DNA from: Klebsiella phage KpLz-2_45
DNA length: 64,000 nt
Sequence record: MN871446.1
Direction: 5' to 3' (one strand)
A program made the translations under genes and the position numbers. Below the pieces are notes generated by a model, which made no database searches, was not told the origin of the DNA, and saw only the letters and a list, made by a program, of their open reading frames with translations. Shown piece after piece: positions 63,996-64,000 of this stretch. Numbering within the stretch: position 1 is the first letter of the stretch; each line of letters starts with the position of its first letter.

Positions 63996-64000
63996 TGACT

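Noticed and set aside
1-64000. CRISPR arrays, IS elements/transposases, integrase/attachment sites, toxin-antitoxin pairs.
   Set aside because: No regularly spaced direct repeats, no DDE/HUH/tyrosine-recombinase motifs, and no flanking direct repeats were seen. The repeated hairpins are terminators with varying spacing, not CRISPR repeats.

Overview
This 64 kb window looks like part of a large virulent tailed dsDNA phage (about 47% GC by eye, enterobacterial-style codon usage), most likely a phiKZ-like/Chimalliviridae-type jumbo phage, and not a bacterial chromosome. I base this on three things: two adjacent genes that look like multisubunit RNA polymerase beta and beta' N-terminal subunits (the beta' fragment carries the GADFDGD catalytic motif); a 2197-aa protein beside them with a C-terminal lytic-transglycosylase domain; and the overall virion-module layout. 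The main content is: (1) 1-9.8 kb, five tailspike genes sharing an N-terminal anchor domain but carrying different beta-helix C-terminal domains; (2) 9.8-18.9 kb, about 14 consecutive minus-strand ORFs I cannot assign a function to; (3) 18.9-34 kb, the RNAP beta-like and beta'-N-like genes, the giant peptidoglycan-hydrolase protein and a 714-aa structural protein; (4) 34-49 kb, small genes including DUF488 and DUF2493/SLOG-like proteins and an RNase HI-like fusion; (5) 49-64 kb, a Rad50/SbcC-like ATPase, a baseplate central spike, T4 gp12/gp34-like tail fibers, embedded Rz/Rz1-type spanins, thymidylate kinase and a RuvC-like resolvase. Two DNA-level regularities stand out: more than 20 terminator hairpins with a shared GAGAGG/CCTCTC stem, and a conserved TTGTTTCGTATGAC box just 3' of several of them, 25-40 nt upstream of late-looking genes. 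I found no tRNA, CRISPR array, IS element or integrase. All homology calls are from motif recognition by eye and no database search was run.
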